Source: Felis catus | Lineage: Eukaryota | Direction of reading: 5' to 3' | Length of the DNA: 64,000 nucleotides | Assembly: GCF_018350175.1 (NCBI RefSeq) | Contig: NC_058368.1 | Location: 191,396,001 to 191,460,000, forward strand | Position numbers and translations under genes: made by a program | Shown here: one piece after another, positions 13,330 to 26,776 of the stretch | How the letters are laid out: every line of letters begins with the position of its first letter | Position numbering within the stretch: the first letter of the stretch is position 1 | The notes under the pieces: model-generated | What the model was told of the DNA's origin: nothing | The model's database searches: none | The model's input: the letters and a program-made list of their open reading frames with translations, nothing else

Positions 13330-13630
13330 TATTGATGGTTGTATAATAAAGCAAATATTCTAAATATCACTGAATTGTACACTTTTTTAAAATTATTTTA
13401 AGAGAGAGAGAGAGAACACAAGCTGGGGAAAGGCAGAGAGAGAGGGAGAGAGAGAATCCCAAGCAGGCTCTGTGCTGTCAGCATGGAGTCCGACTCGGGG
13501 CTCAAACCCATGAAGTATGAGATCATGACCTCGGACACCTAATTGACTGAGCCACCCAGGTGCCCCAGAATTGTACACATTTAAGTGGTTAAACTGGGTA
13601 ATTTTATATGAATTTTACCACAATAAAAAA
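13330..13630 (+). mobile_element. L1 3' terminal fragment interrupted by a SINE
   Basis: GATGGTTGTA...CACTGAATTGTACAC | ATTTAAGTGGTTAA...CAATAAAAAA resembles L1M 3' ends. Confidence 0.65.
13383..13566 (-). mobile_element. Can-SINE with a small internal deletion
   Basis: Ends GAGCCACCCAGGTGCCCC; TSD GAATTGTACAC at 13372-13382 and 13568-13578. Confidence 0.93.
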
Positions 13631-14469
13631 GAGGAGGCTAAAATTCTTCAACTAAGCCTATGACACTTGTTAGCGGTGAGTTCTATTCTATCAAGATTGG
13701 GCAAGGCCATAAGTGACTTACAACATGGTTACCAAGGAAACTGGGTCCTCATTGGAAGAAAATATTCAACAGCTACAGAAATATATCAGGAATATTTCCC
13801 CAAACCCTTTCTTCTTTTAAATTAAACCAGGTCACAGGAAACAAGGAAGGACATTCTTTCTAAAGGCACACGCACATACAGATTTTTACACGTTCTCACA
13901 CACGTGCACAGTCCCACATTAGCACTCACATGTGTCAGAGGGAGAAATTCACTGGGAGCAATCAGGGCATCACCTCTCTGAGAGCTGGTGAGTCAAGGCT
14001 GGAATGAAGTCAGCGGCAAAAGTCCTTATGACACAAAGCTCAAGTTCCAAAGCCCTGCTGAGGTCTTTGTGCTGCCGAAGCTCCCAAAGCCCTTTGGTTC
14101 TAAGAGAAGATCCACAGTGAGTTGAAAGTTGTTTTCTATTCGAGCCAAGGAGAAAGTACATATTTAACTGAAACTGAATTAAGAGAAATGAATACACTGT
14201 GCCCAGAATTCATATTTCTCTACAACTCCTTTGTAGCCCTGAACCCCATACATAATAGGTGTTTTGCCACCTATTTGATTGTATTCTACCATTACCAACC
14301 ATTAGAAATTAGTTCATAATCAATTGGCTAGTCCAAAAGAGGTTTTTTTTTAAATATACAAGTATGTAATTCATACCTATCAGAGTCCCAACTTTACTCA
14401 ATGTCCCAAGGGTAGGAAGCTGCTTCACTCAGAGACTCCTGCTTGGTAAAGAAGCAACTGGGCTTTTAT

Positions 14470-14715
14470 GGGGCACCTAGGCAGCACATCGGTTGAGTGT
14501 CCAACTCTTGATCTCGGCTCAGGTCAAGATCTCGCAGTTTGTGAGTTCAAGCCCCACATCGGGCTTTGCACTGATGGTGCAGAGCCTGCTTGGGATCCTG
14601 TCTCTCCTTCTCTCTGACTTTCCCCCGATTGTGCGCTTGCTGTCGCGCTTTCTCTCTCTCTCTCTCTCTCTCTCAAAACAAATAAATAAACTTAAAAATT
14701 TTGGAAAAAAAAAAA
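14470..14715 (+). mobile_element. Can-SINE (diverged)
   Basis: GGGGCACCTAGG head, GTTCAAGCCC, (CT)n, A-rich tail. Confidence 0.92.
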
Positions 14716-15509
14716 GAAGGAGCACTTAGACTTCTTCTACACTGTTACTCAGAACAATGGGTAGACCCTGGCTGAACCACTGGAGTTTAACTCATTCAAG
14801 GGTAACCAAAAGACAGGAAGTTTAGAGACCTACAAGGGAGAACTTGGAAATACAACAAAACAACAACAAAAACTCTGTTCCATGAAAACAGTGGTAATTA
14901 GCTGGTCCAAAAAAGATTTTCTCCCGTGGAGTCTGTATAAGGATATACGGAGGGAACCAGCCAGTTGTTAATAAAACAATAAAGGAGAAGCTGAAGACAT
15001 TGCAGGAGAGAAAGAGAAAGAGAGAGACTGGCTGAGAACCCAGAATTACCCATGGGAAGAAGGCACAGAGAAACATAGTTGCAGCATGCTTGGGAAGAGC
15101 AGGGCTGACATCCTTCCAGAAAGCCCTTCTCTGATTCTTACAGCACAGAATACCTGAATTCACATGATTAACAAAACCTGATTGCGAGAAAAATTCTAAT
15201 CTTCATTTTTCATTTTTCAGTAATGCTTAGCTAGTTCAACTACATACATAATCATAGTCCAAAGATTTGGTTTGAAAATACTTGGAAGTACAGACAGGGC
15301 TCCAGAGAAATGAGATTGCCTGTAAATAACTCTTCTCTACAAAACGTCATCAAATAGCCTGACATTGAATAGACCTCTCTTATGCACTAGTATGGAGAAC
15401 AAAACAGATCTGGGCACCTATCTGGAGAATTCTATTGCTACAAATGCTTATGAATGAACAATTATAATATGCTTAATTTCAAGAAAACTCAGGAAAAGCA
15501 GAGTAATAG

Positions 15510-15830
15510 TTAATGTCTACTGAGCACTATGCTAAATTGTCAAATTTGATCTTGATAATAATTCCATGGGAACCATAATTGTCTCCAAACTGCAAATAAG
15601 AATACTGAAGGTCAGCAGCCCAGGTCACAGAACAACTAAGGGGCCAAGCTGGGGATCCTGACCTGGTTGGCATGTCTGTAAGGACTATATTTTAATTGTT
15701 ATCCTCATCTGCCAATTACGTACTGTATGATCCTGAGGAACCAATTAACCACCCTGTGCTTCCTCATCTGTAAAATGAGAGTATTGGCATAGATAATGAC
15801 CAAAATTGCTTCTGGCTTGAAAATGCTACT
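15510..15830. mobile_element. Two MIR fragments in opposite orientation
   Basis: Reverse MIR ~15510-15700; forward core CTTCCTCATCTGTAAAATGAGA ~15720-15830. Confidence 0.55.
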
Positions 15831-18649
15831 GTTCAAATAAATAACTTTTAAGTTTGGAAAGGGAATATTATTACCAATACCAACTAACATTTATATAAGC
15901 CCTCTCTATGAGCACAGTTTCACACCCAGTAGGTGTCCAATTAAATATCAGTTGAATGAATAAAAAAAAAAATACTAGCCTTAGTAAACATATTATCATA
16001 TTCAATCCTCACACTTATAAGATAGTTACTGCTACCAGTCCCTTTTCCCAACTGTAGGAATTAATCCTTAGGAAAAGTGACTTGCTTAAAAGGCACAAAG
16101 TAAGTGATAGCAGTGGCTTCAACGCAGGAAGTCTCATATCAAAATATTCGACCTTGACAGAGAAGATAAAAACTGTGGGTATACAATTTCAGGTTGGTTA
16201 AATCTTTAGTACCAGATTATTTTTTTAATACCAATCTATGAACCAAGAGAGAGGGAGGAAAGATTCTAGGAAATCTACAAATAGTTGTAAATGAGAAATC
16301 TGTTATTTTGGGTAAAATCCCACTAAGCCATTACTGTCTCATTTCTGTTCCCGGATCCATAAAAGCAGGGATAAACTACCAGCTACGAGTAGGTAATAAG
16401 GTTCAGAAGTAAGAAGGTTAAATGTTAAAGGAGATATGGAAGCCATTTGAGAGTCAGAGTTCAATACAAATGCAAGGGTTTCTTTTTCAACGTTCTAAAA
16501 GGTTCATCCTCCTGGCTAGATGCCAAATAAGAGACTCCTGAAGCTTTCAGATGTGTGAGGTCAGGCCTGTTTGAAAAACTAAATGTGAATTTATTCCCTT
16601 ACCAGGTGGCTTTATACAAAGAGCACTGTACTTAGTTAACTTTCTCACCATATTCAGAGTGCTCCATACATGATCCACATGTGCTACTTGTGATTCAAAG
16701 AATGGGGGTGAATCACTGAGCTTCTCTGGGCTGCATTTTCCCGGGTCAGAGCTGGTCTGCTTCCAGCCCAGAATTTCAGATGCAATTTCTGAATCTCAAT
16801 TTCAGAGGTCCCAGAAACCTTAGCAATGTCATTTATGTTGTCACTTTTTGATTGTCATATCCATCTAGCCACTTAAAACCAACTCAGCTTCTGGTTTCCT
16901 TTTGTATTTTATACCAACTTTTGAAACATGGGTTATAGCCCCAAATCCCAGCATTTGGTAACAAAACACAGTTCTAAATAGTTCCTTAAGCCCTTTCTTG
17001 AAAAGTGAAAACATAATTGAGTTACCATTGTTTTCAAAGAGTTTAGTATGCTCTTGTAAAACACCCTAGCAAAAATCTTATTTCTGCCTTTTGAATTATT
17101 ACCTAGAACAGACCCGAACATCCACTCAAAAGTCTGCTTGCAAAAAGATAAGAAATTGTGTGGCGGGTCATTGATGGAAGAGCAATGGTTAGTTATCTTA
17201 TTTCTGCTGTTGTCTAAATCAGCTTTCCCTGTATTGTAGTTTATGAAGCCATTATTAATTGGTATGAAGAGGGGGCATTTACCAGCTCTCAACTGCAAGA
17301 ATCTTCTAGAAAAGTTTAATTACAGGCATTCAAAGAATGGGGAAAATTTACAGTAGTTTGATTATTCTGCAATATGAATAGAAAACAAAAATCTCCAATA
17401 TCATGGAAGACCCCAAATGAACAAAGCAAATTAACTTTTAGCAGGTTATGTGTGGGCAAGAAGGAAACAGATACCATCTTTTGACCAAGTTAGGAAAAGC
17501 AAACCTAAATTAGTAGAGAGTAGAACATGAATCTTACAAAGAAGAGTCATCGTTTCAAGTATAAACGGCATTTTAACCATGCTATATTTTTCCTTGACAG
17601 GATTTTTAGATAATTCTGATTTTCTAACAGCTAAGAATTCTCTCTATATTCCATGTAAATTGCCTGCAAAAAAAGAATTTCCAAAATGTTTAAAACTTTA
17701 TCCATCTTGGTATTTATGATAGTCCTCCTACATTTTTTGTGTACCATTTAATTGGTTAAATGATAAAAGGAAATTATTTTTCAAAGATCTTGCAAAAGTT
17801 AAGTTTCAACCTCATTGCCCTCCATAAAGCTGATCATAAATTCTAACTAGTCATGATCTGAAGAAAAAAAAATCTAAACAGGAAATTACGTGCAGCAAAG
17901 AACATTTTTAAATGATCCTTATTTATTTTTCTTGAAGTTTCTAATCTAAAGCATGCTTCTCAAATATCATGCCCAGTGCATGAAAAAAACACATTCTTTT
18001 CGGGTGGAAGTGTTAATTAATGTGCATGACAGAGACAGAACAAGGAAAAGGTTAGAGCTGATGGTTTCACTAATAGCATTTCTAAAAATAGAGGATTTTT
18101 GAAACAATGCTCTTTCATGTTAGTTAACTTTCTCAAAGCCCTAGGATTTGAGCTAAAAATATGCTGATTGGTTAAAATAAAATCATCCGTTACGCAGATA
18201 TTATTTATGTGTATTCGCGTTTCAACTAATTCATTTATCTCTCATCAAAATCAATTTCTAGGGGGGCAAGCTGTGATGGTTTTTCATCCACATAATTCCC
18301 CCCGTGTTTTCCTAGGGTTATCAACAGGAACAGACTTCACTTTGAAGTTATAAGCACAATGGCCTATAAAGTCATTAGCACAGTATACAAATCTACACAT
18401 CTCTCTTTTTTCAGTGTTGTTTCATGCCTTCTTCCCCATGACAACTTCCCATAGCCACACTTAACTTTCCTCCGGTTCTCAAACACATGGAGACTTTCTA
18501 TAGCCCCATATCCTTGCAAGTCTTTCCATTTCTCTGCCTAGAAGCTTCCCCCATTTTCCTCCAGGCAAGCTCTAGCAAGTCCTTCACAGCAAATCTAGTA
18601 GTGCCTTTTCTGGTAATATCTTTCCTGACTCCTCTAATTTGTCAGATTC

Positions 18650-19127
18650 TAGCGGTGGTCTGCTCAATAGTCATTCCTAATCTCTTCCTTCCTTGCTGGC
18701 CTCCATTTAAGAAGCTGAAAGTTAGATACTCAGTTTCCCAGTTTCCACTGCAGCTTGAGGTAGTCATGTGACCCAGTTCTAACCAATGAGATATGAGGTA
18801 TCTGCTTAGAGGTCTCTAGGAATAACTACCCATCCTGATTAAGAAGTGTGTCAAGAGAACTGTTTCTGTTCACCACCGTGGCTGCTTTGTCTCCTTCAAA
18901 AGCAACCTTGGCAAGCCTGGTATTCCTGAGCTCTGGAGCATTCCACAACTGCGAGAAGAGATTGCTGAGGTCATGAGGCTGGCACCCAAGAGGAAGAATT
19001 GGGGAAATGCCTGTTTAGGATATCACGTCAGATACTGTACCAACCCTGGAATGCCTACTAAAAAGGCTGGAATTGTTTAAGTATTATCGGTAAACTGCTT
19101 TTCAGAGCATCTTACAGATATTCCTAG
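18650..19127 (+). mobile_element. Solo LTR remnant, ERVL/MaLR class (MLT1/LTR33-like)
   Basis: GTCATGTGACCCAGTTCTAACCAATGAGATATGAG motif typical of these LTRs. Confidence 0.6.
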
Positions 19128-19243
19128 CCAGGGGGGAATACTCACCCATGTGGCTCCCAAAACATTCTTATGATATCTTTCTAAAGGCATCTATTCATAT
19201 TGGTACAATATCTTCACAAATAAATAGCTCATTTAAAAGACTG

Positions 19244-19575
19244 TGAAGGGAAAACAAGTGTTGGCAAGTATGTGAAGGTAACAGAGCCCTTGCACACTGT
19301 TGGTGGGAATGTAAATTGGCACAGCCACTATGGAAAACATGACAGTGGTTCCCAAAAAAATTAAAAATAGAACTATCATATATCCAGGAATTTCACTTCT
19401 GGGTATACATCTAAAGGAAATGAAAATAGGATAGTGAAGAGATATCTGCACTCCCATGTTCCTTATAGCATTATTCACAATTGCCAAGATATGGAAACAA
19501 CATAAGTATGCATCAATGGATGATCAATGGATGAATGAACAAAGACATTGTTTTGCACGTGCACGTGCACGCGCG

Positions 19576-19608
<33 letters not shown>

Positions 19609-20122
19609 TGGAATATTATTAAGCCATGAAAAAGCAGGAACCCTGCCTTTTGTGACAACAAATGGGTAGACCTTGAGGGCATTATGCTAGGTGAAATAAG
19701 TTAGAGAAAAACAAATGCTGTATGATACCACTCATATATGGAATCTTAAAAAGCTGACTCATAAAATCAGAGAGTAGAATGGTGGTTACCAGGGTCTGGT
19801 GGCTGGGGGAAATGGGGATAATGTTTTTTAAGGGTAAAAACTTGCAACTAGTAAATAAATAAACCCTGGAGATACAATGTACAGCATGGTGATTATAGAT
19901 AACAATACTATATTATAAATTTTAAAGCTACTAAGAGACTAGACCTTAATTGTTCACACCACAAAAAGGAAATAGTAACTATGTGATGTGAGAGAGGTGT
20001 TAGCTCCACCACAGTGGTAATCATATTGCCACACAAAAGTGTATCAAATCAATACATTGTACACCTTGAAATTCCGCAATATTGTTCAGCAATTATATCT
20101 CAACAGAAATAAATTTAAAAAC
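19244..20122 (+). mobile_element. 5'-truncated L1 (L1MA-class): ORF2 end plus 3' UTR
   Basis: CACTGTTGGTGGGAATGTAAATTGG ORF2 C-terminal motif, 3' UTR, A-rich end; candidate TSD AAAGACTG at 19236-19243 and 20123-20130; internal (CA)n near 19576-19608. Confidence 0.9.
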
Positions 20123-20554
20123 AAAGACTGCAAACTCTCCATTCCCTAGCATAGGATTAAGCACAGAGAAGAAAATACAAGTCTATTAAAAGAGAATATG
20201 AATGAATAAGTGAATAGATAAATTAATAAACATATACAGAGACCTAAGAAAAGTACTTGGTTGTATTCTTGGCACATTTACTTCTCTATTATTTTTTTTT
20301 TCATATCTGCTATTAAAGAAAAGTGTTCCCCAAATGGTAGCTTACAGTGGTTCCAAAGTCTTCTGATATTCACCTGGGACATCAGGACAGTTCACCCACA
20401 AGGCAACTGCTCAAAGTATCCCAGGCACAATTCTTAGAAGTTACCAACTGAGAAGAGAGCAGAAGGAAAAGGGGCTGATATAAGTGCCAGTGGAAGTGGC
20501 TTTAAAGTTGAATATAAGAATTCAAACCAAAAGTATCAGAAAGGGGCTGAGGTG

Positions 20555-20700
20555 TTCATTCATCTACCTATTCCTTCACCCATCCAGAACTTACTAAGCA
20601 TCTGCTGTGTATCACGGCATGGACTACATGCTAGCAATTGAGTATGATTAAGGTAGACATGAGCCTTGCCCTCATGGACCTTACAGAATAGAAGGAATAA
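20555..20700 (-). mobile_element. L2 3' end fragment
   Basis: TTCATTCAT...TTACTAAGCATCTGCTGTGT...CCTTGCCCTCATGGACCTTACA. Confidence 0.65.
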
Positions 20701-20879
20701 GTCATTGCAAGTATCTCATCGCCTCCTAGGAAATGCACCATACAACGTCATCAACACGTCACACAAATACACACCTGAATAACAGTGTGTGCTTTTGCTG
20801 AAATTGTTTTTATGAAAAAACAAAGAATCACACCCATGTGATGTTGAACTTAGAAGAAATTCTCACAGATTATCCAAGA

Positions 20880-21045
20880 TACTGATTTTCAAACTTTAAG
20901 TTTTGGAGGGTTTTTGTCCAAACACAAACTTGTGTCATGACTGGGCGTAAGACCCTGCCTGTTAGGCTGGCAAACCCTACGGTGACTGCTGGGCTGTCTC
21001 AGAAAAACCCAGGGACTCAAGGGAGCACAGTTTGAAAATTGCCTA
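20880..21045. mobile_element. hAT-Charlie MITE (MER5-like) inside a MIR remnant
   Basis: Ends GATTTTCAAACT ... AGTTTGAAAATT; MIR-like sequence on both sides. Confidence 0.45.
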
Positions 21046-22789
21046 ATTTATTCCAACTCCTTCATTTTAAGAGGGAGGAAAATAAAGTCCAAAAGTTTAA
21101 GATGTCCCACTTAACACCCCTAAGCTGGTATTAGAACTCAGATCCTTTGCCTCTCCATTCCAGCACATTCTCTTCTATTCCATGTTCAACTGACTTACTG
21201 AATATGAAAGCCGAGAGAGATCTGATGAAGGACCAACAATCTTGTATGGATGTTAAAACATTAGAATTTCTAGAACATACTAAGATACCATAGGGAAAAT
21301 GGAGTAGAACCCAGGAAAACCAATCCGTTTGGGAAAATTGAGGATTTCTGGTTGTTTCACCAGATAAGTCAAAGTGTAAGAGAGAGAATTCATTTAAGCC
21401 AAAGGCCATACGTCTCAGACAACACTGTGGGTCAGTTCTCTCATGGAAATGGGGTAGTTCAAGTAAAATAATATCAACGATTTTAATTTTCCGGGCACTG
21501 TAAGGCTTCACTCTGCATATTACTCCCTGAGATACCACTTTCTACTCACATCCTTGCAATGTGCTCCTGCTTTGTTGTATAAAAGCCAAAAGGCAAAGTA
21601 ATCTCTAAATGGGTCTGCATCCCACAGAGAATTTACTTAGATGACATTCAAATCTGTTTTTCAGGGCGGTTTTTTTTGGTGCCATCACAAGAAATCATAC
21701 AGTCATTACACTTCGAATTTGACAGTTCTTTCACAGCGTGACAGGCAGAACTTAGGTCCAAATGTATTTATTTAAATGCAAGGTGTCACTTACCAGCAGG
21801 ACATTAGTGAAGGCTGAAAGATGACAGCAGAGTGTGATGTCTGTACTATTGTTATTGCCCGAACCCCTAACTATGAACCACCATGCTCAAATATTTTAGC
21901 TTCGAATATGAACCCATTAAAGAGGACTTTCAACTACTATCTCCCTTCCAGCCATTCAAAAAACTCAGTTTAATTCACTTAGCAAACACATTAAAGGGTG
22001 AAAGAAAAATATTTGCTAGGAACAGGTTTTCAAATGTATCTGAAGACCAACGACCCAATCAGGCAGCACTTTGTTAACCAGATCTCAAACCTCCCCCAGA
22101 TTGTTGGCCACCTGAGAACAGAACCCAACATGTCAATCTTACTTGTGGAGGGAACAAAGTCATGTGGACGTGGCATTCTTGCACCTTATTGTGTGGAGGC
22201 AGGAAGACTGTTTTCCCATGAAGCTTCAAAGGCCCATGGCCTCTGCCTCCACTGGCATGCCTCCATGGATTTTCAGGAGAAAATCCACGCACTTGCATAA
22301 GACCCACCTTCCTCTGACTATCTTGCCTCCAACTGGTGAACTCAGTGCCTGAGATTGCAACTCCCCAGGCCCTTCACACCATCAACAGGAGTCAAGACAG
22401 AAGCCCTTAGTCTCAGAGTGCCCTGCCCCAGCTTCCATTTTTAGGGCTCAAGCAGGAAGGCTGACCCTGATACTCCCAGCACTCAGACTTTCATCTGACT
22501 CAAGCCCAGATACAAATCTCATTATGCCTTTTATCCCCGATTACGTGTCATCACAAGAAACCCCCATATTTCCAGCATCTCCTCACCTCCATATTTTAAT
22601 CGCTATAAGTAGGGTGACCATATGTCCCAGGTTGCTGTGGATGCAGACAAGCATACAACCGTAGTGTCAATTGTTGTGTAGAAAACTCAAGGGGCCCTCA
22701 ACAACACAAGGCAACCATTCTGTATTTCCCTTCTTGATTATTCTTTCACCTTCTTAGACAGCTATTTAATTATTTCTTAACACTTCTCT

Positions 22790-23420
22790 CTCTTCACCTT
22801 CAACACCTCTTCCTCTACCCTCACTTTTAGCTGATAGGCCTTTCCTCTGACCTACATGGAAAAACCAAAGCAACTGGAAGAGAATTTCCAAAGAGCCACC
22901 TCAGTTTCCCATCTATCTCTAATCTCATACCACTTGTACGTGGTCTGTATGCTTTACTCTATTTTATTTTATTGCCTGTGACAATACATGCACTACTTGT
23001 ATGTCTACCTAAGGCCAACACATTCGGCTTGTGTACCAGACCCGGCCCCCTCCCACCTACTCAAAGACACAACTCCAGCAGTTCTCCTCCCTCAAATTTA
23101 TTCCTCCCTATTGGATCGATTCCATCAGCATACAAACATGTTATTATTAGTAATCTCTTAAAAAAAATTGCTTGAGCCCACTTCTCTTCCCAGTGACTAC
23201 TTCCCTTTACTGCAAAACTCTTAAAAGCTGTCACTGCCATTGTCTCCAATCCTTCTCCAATCCCATTTTCTCTTAAATCCAATCAGGCTTTAGATGGTTT
23301 CCCCACTGGTTAATGCCACCCACATTGGTAAATCCAAGAGTCTGTTCTCTGTCATCATGTATCTTGACCTATTATCAGCATTTGACACTATCTGACATCC
23401 TGTCTAACTGGAAACACTGA
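22790..23420 (+). mobile_element. L2 fragment
   Basis: L2-like pyrimidine-rich sequence (TCTTGACCT...CAGCATTTGACAC). Confidence 0.7.
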
Positions 23421-23444
23421 AAAGTTTTTGTGAGAAAGTTCTGA

Positions 23445-23630
23445 AGTTCAGTTCAGCTTTGGACATCTAAAATTTGAGATGCATATTATTAGATATCCAA
23501 AGGGAGATGTTATGTAAACAACATGGAGTGCAGGACATGAGTACAATCTGGAGATCAATACTGGGGAGTAACCAGTATGGAGACCTATAATTAAAACCTC
23601 AAAACTGATGAGATCAATCGGGGAGTGAGC
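23445..23630 (-). mobile_element. L2 fragment, opposite orientation
   Basis: AGTTCAGCTTTGGACAT...TTTGAGATGC...GATGAGATC...GGGAGTGAG is reverse L2. Confidence 0.7.
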
Positions 23631-24627
23631 CCCACAATTAAGCTTCCAAGCATGTCTCAGGGAAAAAGGGCATAATCAGAGATCCCAGCAATTATCAGCT
23701 CAAAGAAATGCAGAGAGGTAGAGAGAGGACAGAATGTGTAAAGAATCTTATAAGAATAGCGAGCAGTCAGGTGGAGAAACATTTTCATCATCAGAGTTCC
23801 AGAGGGGACAGGGAAGGCAGACTAGCCAAGAAAGGCCACTTTCTGTGTTAAAACACAACACAACAACACAACACAAAACAAAACAAAAAACAGAAGAGGA
23901 GGAGGGATTATACTACAGGAATCCTGTGCAGGATCTGTACATGGTGGGGTGAGTCAAGGGTAAAATGCAAGGACTCAAGGTGGGAGATGAGATGGAGAGT
24001 AAGAGAGAGACAAAGGAACAGGGAAATACATGGGAGCCTTGGCCTGGGACCTCCAAGTATCTGTATCAAAGTTACCAGTCTATAGAATGTTAAGTGTGAA
24101 TGGATTTTTAAGGAAAATACATTAGTACCAGGTTCTGTTTCTGGGCACAGTGAGAGTCTAAGAGAGAAAAGGCCAGGGGGACTACAATCTGTTGGAATGA
24201 AAGCACAAGCGAGGTCTGACAATCCTAATCTGAAAATAGTTGGGGTGGGCTTTGAGTTGGCCCAGGCTTTAGAAACGGAGTCAGGCCAAGGGCAAAAAAA
24301 GTTCAAATGACACACACGTTGCACATACATTACCTCATTTAATATTTACCTAAATCCACGGTGTTTGAACTACTGTCACATTTTATAAAAAAAGAAAAAA
24401 AAATTAATGAAGTCATGTAAGTTAACCTTGTTTATCTGGCTAACTTACCATCTGCTGGGACTCAAATACTGGCCTTGGGACTATAAAGGCCAATGTATGT
24501 CTCTCTTTCGTCATGCCTTTCTCTGACAACTGGTCTTAATAATCAAACGCAAAAAAAAAAAAAAAGTCAACCATTCATATAATTCAACTGAATCATGCTG
24601 AATATCCAGATAATGAGAAATAGTTCA

Positions 24628-24745
24628 GTTTTTTTTAATTCATGTATAATTAACATATAGTGTTAATTAGTTTCAGGTTACAACATGATTCAACAATTCT
24701 ATACATTGCTGAGTGCTCATCAAGGTAAGTGTATTCTTAATTCCC
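24628..24745 (-). mobile_element. Short carnivore L1 3' end
   Basis: T-run then ATAATTAACATATAGTGTTAATTAGTTTCAGG...TTCAACAATTCTATAC. Confidence 0.75.
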
Positions 24746-24869
24746 ATGAGTCAAGTTTTAACACAGTTTATGTCAACACTTGGAAGACCAAGATTTTTTT
24801 CATTATTCTACTCCACATGTTAGGGATCCTTTAGAATAGAGTTTGAAATTGGTGACATCCACACTGTGG

Positions 24870-25175
24870 ATGCGTATTATTTGACCTAAATATTTCCCTT
24901 TTTAAGTAAAATAGTTGCCAACATTTAAAAATCATAAGAATTTATACAAATATCCCAAATTCTAAGTCATCTTGAAAAATCAGAAGATGGGCAATACAAA
25001 AACCTGCATTTTCAAAGGGCAAGAATTGACTAGCACTGAACCCCCAGGTATGCCTTTACATGGGGTATGTGTCCTCCACAGATCTGTCCATTCCCTATAG
25101 AACCAACTAAGTCATTCTTTCATGCCCCAGGCAGGACATGCCTAGCCACTGTAAGCATCAAAGTTTATAATCCCT
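24870..25175 (-). mobile_element. hAT-Charlie DNA transposon remnant (MER102-like)
   Basis: TTGCCAACATTTAAAAATCA...CTTGAAAAATCAGAAGAT and terminal CTGTAAGCATCAAAGTTTATAATCCCTG. Confidence 0.55.
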
Positions 25176-25959
25176 GCCTTAGACACAAGAGAGATTCCAT
25201 GACTGTTTTGTTCCTCCAAAGAGATCAAAATACAGTTCGAAAAAAGCAATAACCTATGTCCAAAAATATAAGAGAGCTAAGTAATCTTTCAGTCCCCGAA
25301 GAAAGTGTACTTTTTGCAGTGGAAATAATACACACTAGAGTATTATCTCATTTCATAGATTATTTTTATAATTCTCAAGAGAAACTCAAGAAACAGATAC
25401 AGGTCTCAATTCTGTTGCCACTAAAAGCAGGGGAAAACACGTTTAAGGATCTTTCTCTCGTTAACTAGAAAAATACAAGTAAGCATTGTATAATTAGATT
25501 GTGCCTTAACACTGGGGTGACTAATTGGGGGTTTTAGTTCCTAAGATTTCTCCAACATGGGAATTCTGTGAGCATTGACATCCAACATGAATGTCACTTA
25601 TCTGCCAGACATAGAATATATGTCAGAGTACTTAAGGTCAGCGTGGAGCACTGCCGTATTGTTTTCATTTCTATTTTGAAGGACAAATTGAGAGTGTAAC
25701 CAGGTAATGCATATTCAAAACAAAACAAAACACTCTTAAAATTATTTCCCTCTTGAATTTGACAACTCCTTTACCACGTTTATATTCATCAGGAATAGAA
25801 GGATGGGGAGGGAGGGGAGATGAGTACTACTGTTGCAGAGATTAGAAAAACTGCTTAATAAGCCCATCTCCTCATTTTATAAATGGAAAAAACTGAGGCC
25901 CAAGGAGACAGGCATTTACTGACCAGGACCACTTAGCTCTTTAAGACAGAGCTCAAAAG

Positions 25960-26165
25960 GGGGCACCTGGGTGGTTCAGTTGGTTGAGCGACTTCAGCTC
26001 AGGTCATGATCTCACGGTTTGTGAGTTCGAGCCCCACGTCCGGCTCTGTGCTGACATCTCAGAGCCTGGAGCCTGCTTCTGATTCTGTGTCTGCCCCTCC
26101 CCCACCCGTGCTCTGTCTCTCTCTGCCTCAGAAATAAATAAACATTTAAAAAAATGTAAAAAAAA
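25960..26165 (+). mobile_element. Can-SINE (felid SINEC_Fc-type) inserted at a MIR remnant
   Basis: TSD AAGACAGAGCTCAAAAG at 25943-25959 and 26166-26182. Confidence 0.95.
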
Positions 26166-26430
26166 AAGACAGAGCTCAAAAGTTTTATTTCACTTTTAGC
26201 CACAAATAAATTGAAGAGACACAATTGGGCTGAGTGAGTGGTGACCAGAATGAGACACGTAAATGAGAAATAAGGAAAAGCTCAACAACTGGGCCTCTAG
26301 AACAGTAGGCCCCCAGAGGTGGTTCTATATCCAAAATCTATCTAGGAATATGAGCAGTAGGAGTTTGAAGACTTTTCTTCATTTATACTATTCTTTTCAT
26401 ACTGGCCTTTCTCTTTTCTTTTTCAATATG

Positions 26431-26717
26431 AGGGGTTTTATTTTGTGTTGTGTTGTTTAAGATTTTATTTTATTTTTTTAATGTCTATTTATTTTTTTAG
26501 AGAGATAGAGCGCAAGCAAGGGAGGGGCAGAGAGAGAGGGAGACACAGAATCTGAAGCAGGCTCCAGGCTGTGAGCTGCCATCACGGAGCCCGATGCGGG
26601 GCTCGAGCTCACGAATCACAAGGTCATGACCTGAGCTGAAGTCGGATGCTCAACCAACTAAGCCACCCCACGATTTTATTTTACTTTTAGAGAGGGGGTG
26701 CTTGGAGAGAGGGGCAG

Positions 26718-26776
<59 letters not shown>

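Noticed and set aside
21131..21538. 135-aa minus-strand ORF
   Set aside because: Non-ATG start, partly overlaps MIR-like sequence, no recognisable domain or exon boundaries
23908..24330. 140-aa minus-strand ORF
   Set aside because: No recognisable homology; composition follows the local purine/pyrimidine skew
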